A stretch of DNA of 63,311 bases, counting the filler, from Nemertoderma westbladi (Eukaryota; Animalia; Xenacoelomorpha), in the NCBI GenBank assembly GCA_032718475.1. It is 4 parts of 4 records of this genome, joined end to end, with 100 filler letters (N's around TTAATTAATTAA, not from the genome) between each part and the next. Parts side by side here need not be neighbours in the genome. Positions count along the whole stretch, not along the records: positions 1 to 30,932 come from JAUCBJ010004903.1; 3 more parts are not named here. One strand, written 5' to 3'. Shown here piece after piece: positions 14,024 through 27,794 of this stretch. The first letter of the stretch is position 1. Each line of letters begins with the position of its first letter. The notes under the pieces are model-generated. The model searched no databases. It was given only the letters and a program-made list of their open reading frames with translations, and had not been told where the DNA came from. The translations under genes were made by a program, and so were the position numbers.

Positions 14024-15562
14024 TTCTGGGCTTCCAGACAGGTTTCCTCCATTTCCCGTACAGAAACTTCAGACAGCCGTGACGCAAGTGTACTGTTTAG
14101 GAATAATATATTTTGACCGAGGCATCTTTCAACAATAGCCTCTTAATTATAGGTTGATGGCACGGCAGTCTTGACCGCACATTCTGTACTAAATCATCAT
14201 AGCAGAGAACATCTGCTTTGGAGCATTAAATTATTGTCAGAATAAGAAGATAGCAGCTTTTCTATACATAATGGTTTTTAAATAAGAGATTGGTCGGATG
14301 GGGGTGGCTAACTAAGTATGGGAGACAAGTATCCACTTCCCATATCCACATCTACAATTGGTGTATGGAATGGCGCCCATGGCAACGCATTAACAGCCAA
14401 CGGAATTCCTCTGTAGTTGGTGTATAGAAGAGGTTGCTATTCCGAATTTTGGCTCAGTTGTTAAATTTCTTTGGACCCCCTCAATGAAGGAACACACTTT
14501 GGTCTTTCCATCTAAATAAGGGATATGTGGGTGGGGGGGGGGGGGGGTAATATTCACATATAATGAATTATTTTACATGGTTGAGATTGTCTGATTATTT
14601 TATAAATAATGTATATATAATATTGTACATCTTTAATGGATTGCATCATTGGTCAATAACGACCACAACTTATTTGAAACTATTTATTCTATAAAGTAAT
14701 TTAGCAAATTATTATTACTACCTGTATGGTATTATTCATTCAGAAATCAAGGTTATTTCATCAACGAATTCCTATAGTATATTATATAATATTATATATG
14801 GCAAATAAATTAAATTTATTGGCATTTTTCACTTTATTGTGTATTTTTTCCTTTTGTATTTTTACAATGTATTATTTTCTCATAAAATTTAACAAATTTA
14901 ACTAAAATAAAACAATTTAAGTTGATTATTTATGTTTTATGGTTCAAAGACCTTGGCTTCGATCTTACACCGTTGATAGTTGTAGATAAAGTATTTCATT
15001 TACAATTAAATTAAGAAGCAACAATGGAATAATAATTGGTTATGTACCTAAATCGTATCTACCACTGTGCTACACGGTATGTTAGGCTCACATAATGGGT
15101 GGGTCGTACATCCTCAAAATATTATTTAATGTTCTGATTAATATCCTCTATCATTCACTAACTCCTAGACACAAGGTGGTGATATAAAGAGCTTAAATCA
15201 GTGATATTATCAGCAAATACAAAGGATATAGTTCATGATTAATGTATAATGAAATATTATGTGATTCCGAGTTGTGTGTCATTGTAAGGGGAGTGACATG
15301 AGGGCACGGCACTACTGGTGCGAAGTCCAGCGTTGTTGTCCATTTGTGTTTCTGCAACGGCACATAAAATGCACTGTATGTATCAAACTATTACATTATA
15401 CATGAATCTTTCTCAATAGTAGAAAAAAAGGTGTAAAAATAGCGATAAAAAATCGACATATCGATATGCATAAATATCATGTGTCAACACTGCTCAAATT
15501 CTTGTATGTACCACATATAGGGATAAACTACTAAACAAAGAATGGAGGCACAATAACACAAG

Positions 15563-15802
15563 CATACATACATACGCACAATAATACATACATAAGTACA
15601 TGCGCACAATAACACATACATAAATACATACATACATACATACATACATACATACATACATACATACATACATACATACATACATACATACATACATACA
15701 TACATACATACATACATACATACATACATACATACATACGCACAATAACACATACATACATACATACATACGCACAATAACACATACATACATACATACA
15801 TA
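15563..15802. repeat. (TACA)n microsatellite with interspersed CGCACAATAACA units
   Basis: Pure TACA run at about 15626-15738. Confidence 0.97.
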
Positions 15803-15872
15803 CGCACAATAACACAAGCATAGGAAAATAATGGAGGCACAATAACACATAGGAAGGAACTATGTGTTATCC

Positions 15873-16830
15873 AGTAAACACAGTCTGGCTGTGCCGCAGT
15901 TGAGACGGGCGGGTATCTTATACACTCCAGTAAACACAGTCTGGAGTAAACACAGTCTGGCTGTGCCGCAGTTGAGACGGGCGGGTATCTTATACACTCC
16001 ATTAAACTCAGTCTGGCTGTGCCGCAGTTGAGACGGGCGGGTATCTTATACACTCCAGTAAACACAGTCTGGCTGTACCGCAGTTGAGACGGGCGGGTAT
16101 CTTATGCACTCCATTTAACACAGTCTGGCTGTGCCGCAGTTGAGAAGGGCGGGTATCTTATGCACTCCAGTAAACACAGTCTGGCTGTGCCGCAGTTGAG
16201 ACGGGCGGGTATCTTATACACTCCAGTAAACACAGTCTGGCTGTGCCGCAGTTGAGACGGGCGGGTATCTTATGCACTCCATTAAACACAGTCTGGCTGT
16301 GCCGCAGTTGAGAAGGGCGGGTATCTTATACACTCCAGTAAACACATTCTGGCTGTGTCGCAGTTGAGACGGGCGGGTATCTTATGCACTCCATTAAACA
16401 CAGTCTGGCTGTGCCGCAGTTGAGACGGGCGGGTATCTTATACACTCCAGTAAACACAGTCTGGCTGTGCCGCAGTTGAGACGGGCGGGTATCTTATACA
16501 CTCCAGTAAACACAGTCTGGCTGGGCCGCAGTTGAGACGGGCGGGTATCTTATACACTCCAGTAAACACAGTCTGACTGTGCTGCAGTTGAGACGGGCGG
16601 GTATCTTATGCACTCCATTAAACACAGTCTGGCTGTGCCGCAGTTGAGAAGGGCGGGTATCTTATACACTCCAGTAAACACAGTCTGGCTGTGCCGCAGT
16701 TGAGACGGGCAGGTATCTTATGCACTCCATTAAACACAGTCTGCAGTTGAGAAGGGCGGGTATCTTATGCACTCCATTAAACACGGTCTGGCTGTGCAGT
16801 TGATAAGGGCGGGCATTTTATGCACTCCAG
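15873..16830. repeat. 56-bp GC-rich tandem array, ~17 copies
   Basis: Unit GTAAACACAGTCTGGCTGTGCCGCAGTTGAGACGGGCGGGTATCTTATACACTCCA; period 56 (e.g. 16055, 16111, 16167, 16223). No unique spacers. Confidence 0.95.
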
Positions 16831-17304
16831 TAATTACAATGTTATGCCAATCTATCCGATGATGGATGATTGGCTGTTATGACGATCCAGATGGTTTATG
16901 GCAAAATAAATTCAATGTGAAAGATCGATGGAATAATGTTGATATTCGAGATCGGATGTATAAATGTATCTATAAAATAACTATTCAGTGAATTAGCAAC
17001 TGAAAAAGTGAAACATTTAATTGAATACAAATAAATAAGGTTTATTTAATACGAGTGTGGTCATCAATCATATTTCATACTCTTGTCTTATTCCAAGTAA
17101 CAATTTAATAGTAGCCTAGCAGTAATATAAAGTAGTAAGTAATATATAGTAGTAATAGTAGCCTGCTAGCATGTGATTGGTACATGAAATAGTGAGAAGG
17201 TGTTAACATTTATGTCTATTAGTTTTAGTAAACGATATTCTCTTTATTGATAATCAACGATTATTTAAAAGATTAATTGATTAATTGATTTCCTAAAAGA
17301 AATA

Positions 17305-17585
17305 TACTACTACTACTACTAAGTCGAGCGAACTCGGACAGTGGAAATGAGATCCTTCCAGGCTTCCGATTCTCCATAGTTGTCGCAATTTCGTTTCTCC
17401 CAAGTTCAGTATCCTTTTCAAGTTGATCTATATATGTTATGGCCGGTCGTCCACGACAACGCTTTCCATGAGTTGGTTGCCAGAAAAGTAGATCTGGTAT
17501 GACCTCGTCTTTACTTCGCCAGCAGTGCCCACTGAATCTTAATCTGCGTTCACGGAGGGTGGTTGATACAGGTGGTATTGTACAT
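17305..17585 (-). mobile_element. 3' end of RTE LINE with (TAG)n tail, same family as 24948-26621
   Basis: LRERRLRFSGHCWRS...LLFWQPTHGKRCRGRPAITYIDQL. Nearly identical to 24948-25228, with (CTA)n on the plus strand. Confidence 0.9.
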
Positions 17586-17620
17586 TGTACGTATTGGTAG
17601 GTCATTAAAGATTAGACATT

Positions 17621-20600
17621 ACATTAATATCTAACAGATCAGAAAACATATTAATATCTAACAGATCAGAAAACACATTAATATCTAACAGATCAGAAAA
17701 CACATTAATATCTAACAGATCAGAAAAACACATTAATATCTAGCAGATCAGAAAACAAATTAATATCTAACAGATCAGAAAACACATTAATATCTAGCAG
17801 ATCAGAAAACACATTAATATCTAACAGATCAGAAAACACATTAATATCTAACAGATCAGAAAACACATTAATATCTAGCAGATCAGAAAACACATTAATA
17901 TCTAACAGATCAGAAAACACATTAATATCTAACAGATCAGAAAACACATTAATATCTAACAGATCAGAAAACACATTAATATCTAACAGATCAGAAAACA
18001 CATTAATATCTAACAGATCAGAAAACACATTAATATCTAACAGATCAGAAAACACACTGATATCTAGCAGATCAGAAAACACATTAATATCTAGCAGATC
18101 AGAAAACACATTAATATCTAATAGATCAGAAAACACATTAATATCTAACAGATCAGAAAACACATTAATATCTAACAGATCAGAAAACACATTAATATCT
18201 AACAGATCAGAAAACACATTAATATCTAACAGATCAGAAAACACATTAATATCTAGCAGATCAGAAAACACATTAATATCTAGCAGATCAGAAAACACAT
18301 TAATATCTAACAGATCAGAAAACACATTAATATCTAACAGATCAGAAAACACATTAATATCTAACAGATCAGAAAACACATTAATATCTAACAGATCAGA
18401 AAACACATTAATATCTAGCAGATCAGAAAACACATTAATATCTAGCAGATCAGAAAACACATTAATATCTAACAGATCAGAAAACACATTAATATCTAGC
18501 AGATCAGAAAACACATTAATATCTAACAGATCAGAAAACACATTAATATCTAACAGATCAGAAAACACATTAATATCTAACAGATCAGAAAACTAATTAA
18601 TATCTAACAGATCAAAAAACAAATTAATATCTAACAGATCAGAAAACACATTAATATCTAACAGATCAGAAAACACATTAATATCTAACAGATCAGAAAA
18701 CACATTAATATCTAACAGATCAGAAAACAAATTAATATTTAACAGATCAGAAAACACTTTAATATCTAGCAGATCAGAAAACAAATTAATATCTAACAGA
18801 TCAGAAAACACATTAATATCTAACAGATCAGAAAACACATTAATATCTAACAGATCAGAAAACAAATTAATATCTAACAGATTAGAAAACACATTAATAT
18901 CTAACAGATCAGAAAACACATTAATATCTAACAGATCAGAAAACACATTAATATCTAACAGCTCAGAAAACACATTAATATCTAACAGATCAGAAAAACA
19001 CATTAATATCTAGCAGATCAGAAAACAAATTAATATCTAACAGATCAGAAAACACATTAATATCTAACAGATCAGAAAACACATTAATATCTAACAGATC
19101 AGAAAAACACATTAATATCTAGCAGATCAGAAAACAAATTAATATCTAACAGATCAGAAAACACATTAATATCTAACAGATCAGAAAACACATTAATATC
19201 TAACAGATCAGAAAACAAATTAATATCTAACAGATCAGAAAACACATTAATATCTAACAGATCAGAAAACACATTAATATCTAACAGATCAGAAAACACA
19301 TTAATGTCTAACAGATCAGAAAACACATTAATATCTATCAGATCAGAAAACACATTAATATCTAGCAGATCAGAAAACACATTAATATCTAGCAGATCAG
19401 AAAACACATTAATATCTAACAGATCAGAAAACACATTAATATCTAACAGATCAGAAAACACATTAATATCTAACAGATCAGAAAACACATTAATATCTAG
19501 CAGATCAGAAAACACATTAATATCTAACAGATCAGAAAACACATTAATGTCTAACAGATCAGAAAACACATTAATATCTATCAGATCAGAAAACACATTA
19601 ATATCTAACAGATCAGAAAACACATTAATATCTAGCAGATCAGAAAACACATTAATATCTAACAGATCAGAAAACACATTAATGTCTAACAGATCAGAAA
19701 ACACATTAATATCTATCAGATCAGAAAACACATTAATATCTAACAGATCAGAAAACACATTAATATCTAGCAGATCAGAAAACACATTAATATCTAACAG
19801 ATCAGAAAACACATTAATATCTAACAGATCAGAAAACACATTAATATCTAACAGATCAGAAAACACATTAATATCTAGCAGATCAGAAAACACATTAATA
19901 TCTAACAGATCAGAAAACACATTAATATCTAGCAGATCAGAAAACACATTAATATCTAACAGATCAGAAAACACATTAATATCTAACAGATCAGAAAAAC
20001 ACATTAATATCTAACAGATCAGAAAACACATTAATATCTATCAGATCAGAAAACACATTAATATCTAACAGATCAGAAAACCACATTAATATCTAGCAGA
20101 TCAGAAAACACATTAATATCTAACAGATCAGAAAACACATTAATATCTAACAGATCAGAAAACACATTAATATCTAGCAGATCAGAAAACACATTAATAT
20201 CTAGCAGATCAGAAAACACATTAATATCTAACAGATCAGAAAACACATTAATATCTAACAGATCAGAAAACAAATTAATATCTAACAGATCAGAAAACAC
20301 ATTAATATCTAACAGATCAGAAAACACATTAATATCTAACAGATCAGAAAACACATTAATGTCTAACAGATCAGAAAACACATTAATATCTATCAGATCA
20401 GAAAACACATTAATATCTAACAGATCAGAAAACACATTAATATCTAACAGATCAGAAAACACATTAATATCTAGCAGATCAGAAAACACATTAATATCTA
20501 ACAGATCAGAAAACACATTAATATCTAACAGATCAGAAAACACATTAATATCTAACAGATCAGAAAACACATTAATGTCTAACAGATCAGAAAACACATT

Positions 20601-21663
20601 AATATCTAACAGATCAGAAAACACATTAATATCTAACAGATCAGAAAACACATTAATATCTAACAGATCAGAAAACACATTAATATCTAACAGATCAGAA
20701 AACACATTAATATCTAACAGATCAGAAAACACATTAATGTCTAACAGATCAGAAAACACATTAATATCTAACAGATCAGAAAACACATTAATATCTAGCA
20801 GATCAGAAAACACATTAATATCTAACAGATCAGAAAACACATTAATATCTAACAGATCAGAAAACACATTAATATCTAACAGATCAGAAAACACATTAAT
20901 ATCTAACAGATCAGAAAACACATTAATATCTAACAGATCAGAAAACACATTAATATCTAACAGACCAGAAAACACATTAATATCTAACAGATCAGAAAAC
21001 ACATTAATATCTAACAGATCAGAAAACACATTAATATCTAACAGATCAGAAAACACATTAATATCTAACAGATCAGAAAACACATTAATATCTAACAGAT
21101 CAGAAAACATATTAATATCTAACAGATCAGAAAACACATTAATATCTAACAGATCAGAAAACACATTAATATCTAACAGATCAGAAAACACATTAATATC
21201 TAACAGATCAGAAAACACATTAATATCTAACAGATCAGAAAACACATTAATATCTAGCAGATCAGAAAACACATTAATATCTAACAGATCAGAAAACACA
21301 TTAATATCTAACAGATCAGAAAACACATTAATATCTAACAGATCAGAAAAAACATTAATATCTAACAGATCAGAAAACACATTAATATCTAACAGATCAG
21401 AAAACACATTAATATCTAACAGATCAGAAAACACATTAATATCTAACAGATCAGAAAACACATTAATATCTAACAGATCAGAAAACACATTAATATCTAA
21501 CAGATCAGAAAACACATTAATATCTAACAGATCAGAAAACACATTAATATCTAACAGATCAGAAAACAAATTAATATCTAACAGATCAGAAAACACATTA
21601 ATATCTAACAGATCAGAAAACACATTAATATCTAACAGATCAGAAATACATTAATATCTAACA
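17621..21663. repeat. 27-bp satellite, ~150 copies, ~4 kb
   Basis: Unit ACATTAATATCTAACAGATCAGAAAAC, highly homogeneous, with recurring variants TAGCAG, TATCAG, AATGTC and ACAAAT. Confidence 0.98.
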
Positions 21664-22291
21664 CATTCCCTAGCTTATCGTTTGATATCCTTCTGATGGT
21701 GATCGTTTTATAATCTCTGTTTCTGGATACTGTGCGTTCAGATTTCAATGAACGTTAGTATTAATAACTCTTTCCAAGTCCTCTAGTTATACATATAATA
21801 TTATAAAATTGTACTGGCAGATATACCCTTATGTATCTATGTATCTATATAGTCAAGATTGTATAATCATGATAACAAATTTGGAGGAACTAAATATATT
21901 ATCATAACCAATATGTATAATTCATTTATTATATCCTAATATGTTGAATATTTCTTTATGCCTATTATCCCATTGTTCATCCAAATTCATAATATGTTTA
22001 ATATTGATTTATAATAATACGTTTAATAGTTCATCCAAATTCATAATATGTTTAATATTGATTTATAATAATACGTTTAATAGTTCATCCAAATTCATAT
22101 ATTTATGTTTAATATTTATTAGTAATTTGTAATTGTATTACAGTTATTTCTTCAAAAAAAATTTTACGTTATTTATTGAAGATCATATTTATGTCTTTAT
22201 ACGGATGTACTTTGATGGTTGGTGATAATATTAAATTTATTTATATTGCTAATAAATTTACAATTTTGCTTTGGACACATAAACCAACATA

Positions 22292-22912
22292 ATGTGGTTT
22301 GCCGGATGTGGGTTCGCAGAAAGATTTCGCAAGTCAAAAGAAGCCCATGAGAGTCGGGAAAGCGACCCAAGATTTAAAGTGCTCACGAGGGAACATGTTG
22401 ATGAAATACTAGCCGAAGATATAGAGGGGCCTAGTCCCAGTCGGATACAGAGTCAGCGACCGAGTCGGTGGATGCTAGACGGTGTAGATCGCTCTCCATC
22501 CGTGTCGCGACATGGGTCAGTCCAGAGTCCCAGATCGCGACACGGTTCGAGCAAGGGTTCCACACTGCAGGTCGTCCAATCGGATGGCTCTCCAAAACCG
22601 CAACCGCGTAGTCGCAGCTCCAGCCCCTCGAGCCCCCGTAAGCCAAGCAGTTCACGACGACAATCCCGGTTTAGTATGGCCCTACAGGCGCAACTCTACT
22701 CCGAGGAGATGGAAGAACACAAAGCTGGTCACTGTAAATCTTGCAAGAAAGGTTGCTCTGGTCTTTGTATGAAAAGTAACGAAAAGGTTAAAAAAGTTGA
22801 TCATGACTTCGATGCTGGAAAAACTTTACCAAAATATCTTTATAAAAAATTTCCAAAAGAACTTTATGGGATACCTATAGAAGAAGTAGATCCGGGGAGA
22901 AATAAGAATAAG
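22292..22912 (+). CDS. First coding exon of a voltage-gated sodium channel alpha subunit (Nav/SCN-like), cytoplasmic N-terminus
   Basis: RFKVLTREHVDEI resembles Nav FRPFTRESLAAI. DFDAGKTLPKYLYKKFPKELYGIPIEEVDP resembles [29 protein letters not shown]. A phase-0 GT donor follows ...NKNK (GTTGGT at 22913), where I recall vertebrate SCN exon 1 ending (...YINKK). The ORF tail to 22972 is probably intron. Confidence 0.75.
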
Positions 22913-23181
22913 GTTGGTGAAATAAAGGGAGAACTAAGAATAAGATTGGTTATTAATGTAGTAAATAATTGACTTGTCCAAAATGGCATATTTCATTCAT
23001 GCTTTATTTCCACAATTGTATGTGTCAAAACAACTTTTATGTCTCGTCAGTCGTTGCTATCCTAGAACAGATCAGCCATGCATGACCAACTATAATTATA
23101 GTAGGTCATGGATTGGTGTGGATATGATCTTGTTTTATGGCTGTCTACCGTCTGGTGAGAGGAAACATAGATTTAACTGAT

Positions 23182-23665
23182 ACTACTAGGATCGACATGC
23201 TGCATTGCAGCTGCATTTTAAGAATGCTGTGCCGGTTTGTCGACAAAATTGCGCCGCCACAGCTCCATATCACACATGACATTTGCTAGATCATCCGCAT
23301 CTTCAATGCCAGTGTCCTTTAAGATGCGTCTCAAGAAAGTCATGGGCTGTCCACCATGCTTATTCACTCCATGAGGCTGCCAAAGTACAAGATTATGCAC
23401 TGGCTGGTCCTCACGGCGAAAGCAATGTCCTGCAAAGCGGAGGCGTCTTTGTTCTACTGTCAAGCTTGGGGGAACCAATGAAACACCTCCAATGTTATAT
23501 AGTGTCTGGTTGGAGATGTGTGCATTGTACTTGACACAATGGACCCGGCGTAGCATTATGGTGAATGTGCCATCCAGAGATTTGGTGTCCTCAGCAGTTA
23601 GAGCCCAGCATGGACTCCCATAGAGGAGCACTGGAACTACTGCTGCTCTAAATAATCGGACCTTA
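23182..23665 (-). mobile_element. 3' fragment of a second RTE-clade LINE family
   Basis: VPVLLYGSPCWALT...RRLRFAGHCFRREDQPVHNLVLWQP with a (TAG)n tail. Near-identical to 60936-61415 and 31033-31158. Confidence 0.88.
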
Positions 23666-23988
23666 ATCGGCTACTGGTACCTGTCTGCTATATGCACTAC
23701 CGGTACCAGTCTGTTATGTTCATTACCGGTATCAGTATGTTATGTGCGCTACCAGTGCTAGTCTGCTATGTGCCATACCCGTACCAGTCTGTTATGTGTG
23801 CTACCAGTACCAGTCTGCTATGTGCACTACCGGTGCCAGTCTGTAGTGTGCTACCAGTACCATTCTGCTATGCGCACTACCAGTACCAGACTCCTATGTG
23901 TGCTACCGGTATCAGTTTGCTATTGTATGTGTACTACCTGTACCAGTCTGCTATATGCACTAATGGTACCATACTGCTATGTGCGCTA
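23666..23988. repeat. Degenerate CTGCTATGTGC/TACCAGT minisatellite, part 1
   Basis: ~22-24-bp degenerate units (TACCAGTCTGCTATGTGCAC); same family as 27795-28830 and 29470-30135. Confidence 0.85.
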
Positions 23989-24644
23989 TAGGAGTAGGGG
24001 GTATAAAGTCCGAGAAACTTTGGGGCTACCAACCTATTTTGTAGATAAATTTTATGAAGATCACAAAAATGCCCTACAGTAGTGATTTAACTCAAGTATA
24101 AGGTGATTCAGGGTATTAAAACTAAATGTATCTCTAGCGATATGTTATCGCGATCTGTATAGGAATCAATGTAAACTGATATTTATGAGTTGAAACGCTT
24201 CTTCAGGGGCTATGGAGCTGTTTTTAGTCTCATTAGAATCGCAACCATCGATTTAGTTGGGGTAGAAGTTGTTGAAACAAAATTTTTCGTAATATTTTAG
24301 CCATTTTTCAACAAATTGCCTAGGGCTAGGCAAGCGAAGCAGCAAGATTCTCGACCCGTAGGGAGTGATTATTTTTTTAGGTGCATTTTATTAAGTTTTG
24401 TTTTAGTAATGACAATAATTACAGATATAATAATTATAATGAAGTGAAAATAAATGAATAATAATTACAGCAGTTCTTGTCATTGAGGATTGGATAGAGC
24501 GATATCCTTCTCCACAATATCCGCAGCCATGATCTTCACCTTCCTGTTGATTGAGAGAAGAGCCAATCCATCCAGCCGACTAGCGGCTATAGTGGAGCGG
24601 AGGTATGACTTCAACAGCTGTAGCTTAGAGAAACTCCTCTCGCT

Positions 24645-27317
24645 TGTGGGGCGAGCGACGAAAGTAAGCGAGCTTAGCATACAGGTACCACTAACTCAAT
24701 CGGTGTGTCTGTTGTTCTGTCGTTCTGTTGTTCTGTCGTGTTCAATTTTAAACGTTAATAATGTTAATAAAATTTAACCAAACTTGGTAACATGTAGTCT
24801 GGCCAAAGTTTAGAAATTTTCCAAGTTGAATTTCCGTGTGGCCTTCGAGAAGCTAAGAGAATAGCAGTTAATTAGTTAATTAAGTTGATGAGGGCGAAAA
24901 CAGCAATTTCAACCTGCCTCTTAAATGATATTAATTATTTTCTAGTACTACTACTACTACTACTAGGTCGAGCGAACTCGGACAGTGGAAATGAGATCCT
25001 TCCAGGCTTCCCGATTCTCCATAGTTGTCGCAATTTCGTTTCTCCTAAGTTCAGTATCCCTTTCAAGTTGATCTATATATGTTATGGCCGGTCGTCCACG
25101 ACTACGCTTTCCATGAGTTGGTTGCCAGAGAAGTAGATCTGGTATGACCTCGTCTTAACTTCGCCAGACGTACCCACTGAATCTTAATCTGCGTTCACGG
25201 AGGGTGGTTGATACAGGTGGTATTGTACCATAAAGCTCGGCGTTTGTCATGTGTTGTCTCCAGCTGATGTTTAGGGCTGCCCTTAGTAGTCTTGTGTAGC
25301 AACCATCAATTCGTTGTTCAAGTGATTTAGTCAGTGTCCAGGTCTCACCCCCATATAAAAATACACTTTCCACTGTGGCTCGAATGAACTTAGTCTTCAG
25401 GTGCCTGGAGAGATCTGATTTCCAGATGGTATCCATTTTTGATAGAGCTACCCAAGCCTTTGCTTTCCTAACTTCTATGTCCTTTTTGCTACTCTCTATC
25501 CATGATCCAAGGTACTGGAAGTCATCGACCGAAGTCAGATCGATTATTATCAATGGTTGTCAAGTTTCCATCAACATTAAAGGTCATGAATTCGGTCTTT
25601 GTAGCATTTATATGCAATCCAACCTCCTTAGCAGCCCTCTCCACTTTATTTAGTAGAAGCTGTGCATCTGCTAGGGTATTAGAGAGCAGGGCGATGTCAT
25701 CCGCAATGTCGGTGTCTGTGACTGTAATTGCCGGATATCTACTACTTCTGCGTTCTTGAAGTGTGAATCCCAGGTCTTCACCCTTTGTGGCCGTCCTCAT
25801 TGCGTAATCCAGCACAATTACAAATAGTAATGGTGCTAATGTGTCACCTTGCAGTACGCCAGCCAGGATTGAGAAAAACTCAGTTTCACCATCTGGTGAG
25901 AGTACCTGCTTTTCTGTGTCACAATATAACAATCCAATGCCAGCAACAATTACTTCTGGTATTCCATAAGCTCTTAGGATTTCAAGCATTTTACCTCTAT
26001 GGATGGAGTCGAATGCCTTCTTGAAGTCCACAAAAGTCATGACAGCGGGGAGATTCTTTGACTTAATTCCTTCAATCAGTCTCCGTAGTGCAAGTATCTG
26101 AGCTATTGTTGATCTACTTGGTCGAAATCCGTTTTGGCTCTTACGCAGTAGTTTCTCTATGTGAGGCCTAATCCTATATAGAATCATTTTATTGTATATT
26201 TTGGCAGCTACCACAAGCAGACAGATCCCACGATAGTTTGTTGGTATGCCGAGGTCTCCTTTCTTGGAGAGAGGCTTTAGTTGACCTTTAGTCCAAATTG
26301 ATGGTGGCTTTTCCCCTTTTAACATCCGGTTGCAAGCATTCAATAATGGTCTGTTTAGCACTCCGGTTTTCCATACCTCCGCTGGGATTTCATCTAATCC
26401 ACTCGCTTTATTATTGGACATGCTTTTAATGCTTCTTTGGAGTTCGGCAGGTGTGAAGTCCCCTGTTTCTATAGGTAGTGTCTTGTCACATATTTTCCTT
26501 GTAGGGCTGACCTCGATGTTTGGTGGCTGCCCAAGCAAGTTGCTGAAGTGATTTTTCCACTTCCCAACACGTTCTTCAGGACTATCGGCTTTGAGGCGCC
26601 CCTTTGCACAACTTAAATTCAATTTTCTAGTATAAGATTTAAATAATTATACTTCAAAATTATATAACTGTATTCCCCATACCCCATTCCATTATAGTTT
26701 TCAATTTGTTCAAGAGATTTGCTTTAAGAAATGTGTTTTTAATTGATCTAAACGTAATTAAGTTAAAATGCATTCCATCACTCTATACTTCCAGCTCCAT
26801 CATTCCTTGGCATTCTTGATATTGCCTAGATGGGAAACAGTTCAATCATCCTTCCACTGAACTTCTCTATCTTGCACAATGATTGACTGAATTTAATCGT
26901 GATTCTTTAGATATTAGCTAAATGATTTCGCTGAGGCATTGACATGATAAATTAATTTTTCAGTATCAATACTATCGGCATAAGGTAAGTTTTAATAATT
27001 TTTACAAATTGGGTTGCCTCCGCACCTAAAATTATATTACTTTTAAAACACTAATTTCCTGTTAATACCTCTGCCTTTCATTAATCCTCTGCGCTCCTTT
27101 AGGTTGGGGTGGTGCAGATTAAGGGGGCGGTTGAAACTGGGGGGGGGGGGGGGGGGGATCTTTCCTCTCTTCTTTGATTTATTCTTATTGGCGTTTTTGG
27201 TTATATTTTTTTAATTATTTAATTAAATTTCTTAAGTACCGATTTTGGGATAGAATTGCTCAATTTTAATCTGTATCTAATAACTGAGCCTCGTCCTGCG
27301 CGATGGCCCCACAAACG
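24645..27317 (-). mobile_element. Helentron-like non-autonomous element (about 1 kb without its nested LINE)
   Basis: Short inverted subterminal TGTGGGG/CCCCACA, GCGAGCGACG...GCGAGC end, and internal (GTTCTGTC)n. The body is homologous to 35815-36239. It is inserted exactly within the hAT ORF. Family assignment is inference. Confidence 0.65.
24948..26621 (-). mobile_element. 5'-truncated RTE-clade LINE with 11-bp TSD
   Basis: ORFs 25522-26622 and 25155-25553 (frameshifted) have SQNGFRPSRST, FVDFKKAFDSI, GVLQGDTLAP, DIADD and FQYLGSW. (TAG)n tail. ATTTTCTAGTA is duplicated at 24937-24947 and 26622-26632. Confidence 0.92.
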
Positions 27318-27794
27318 TGTTGCCATCGTCACAGGAAGAGTTTTAAAGATCTGCAACAAGGTACTCACGTTGGGGAGGAATGTGAGGTGCTCGTAGTCCT
27401 TTCACACCTCGCTAACAGATTTTGGAAGGCAGTTGTCGGAATGGTCCTTCTTCTGGTCTTCCCAGTAGCTGAAGTACTGGTCTAACTCACCACGTAATTC
27501 ACTTAGCATCACAGCAAGGTCATCTTCATACAAAGCAGCAACCATCATTATGGCGTCTTTGGAAGTTTGCGTGGTATGTAATGGGATGAGCTGTGATAGT
27601 GACATGAAGGACACCACATTGGAGAGAAAACGATCGTGGAGTTCGGAAATGAGGTGGTCCAGGAAAGGGAGGAGGAACAAATTCCACTTGAAATGGTCAT
27701 ATATGGCCATTACCGGTGCATTCCCACGATATTGCTGGAGTTTGGTCACACGTGGGACTGTGATCTCCCCCCCCCCCCCCCCCCCCCCAAATAT

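Larger units (their letters stand above)
23989..27765 (-). mobile_element. hAT transposon 3' remnant, split by nested insertions
   Basis: 27749-27318 encodes ...PFLDHLISELHDRF...FLPNVSTLLQIFKTLPVTMAT (one stop). 24644-24480 continues SERSFSKLQLLKSYLRSTIAASRLDGLALLSI. Rejoined, this is the hAT dimerisation-domain motif LPVTxATSERSFS. Outer limits are approximate. Confidence 0.8.

Noticed and set aside
15484-16065. Cys/Tyr/Met-rich ORFs (also 23692-24082 and 27815-28849)
   Set aside because: Translations of micro- and minisatellites.
15873-16830. CRISPR-like appearance of the regular arrays (also 12893-14013, 33613-33881, 58985-59640, 61932-63311)
   Set aside because: Units are head-to-tail with no unique spacers, there are no cas genes, and the context is eukaryotic.
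17720-21654. Long ORFs of VFSDLLDIN or SNRSENTLI repeats (up to 516 aa), superficially LRR-like
   Set aside because: By-product of a 27-bp unit without stops. Single-base indels break the frame repeatedly, and there is no unique N- or C-terminal domain.
22913-22972. C-terminal 19 codons of the 226-aa ORF
   Set aside because: Follows a GT donor at the expected Nav exon boundary and is AT-rich; most likely intron read-through.
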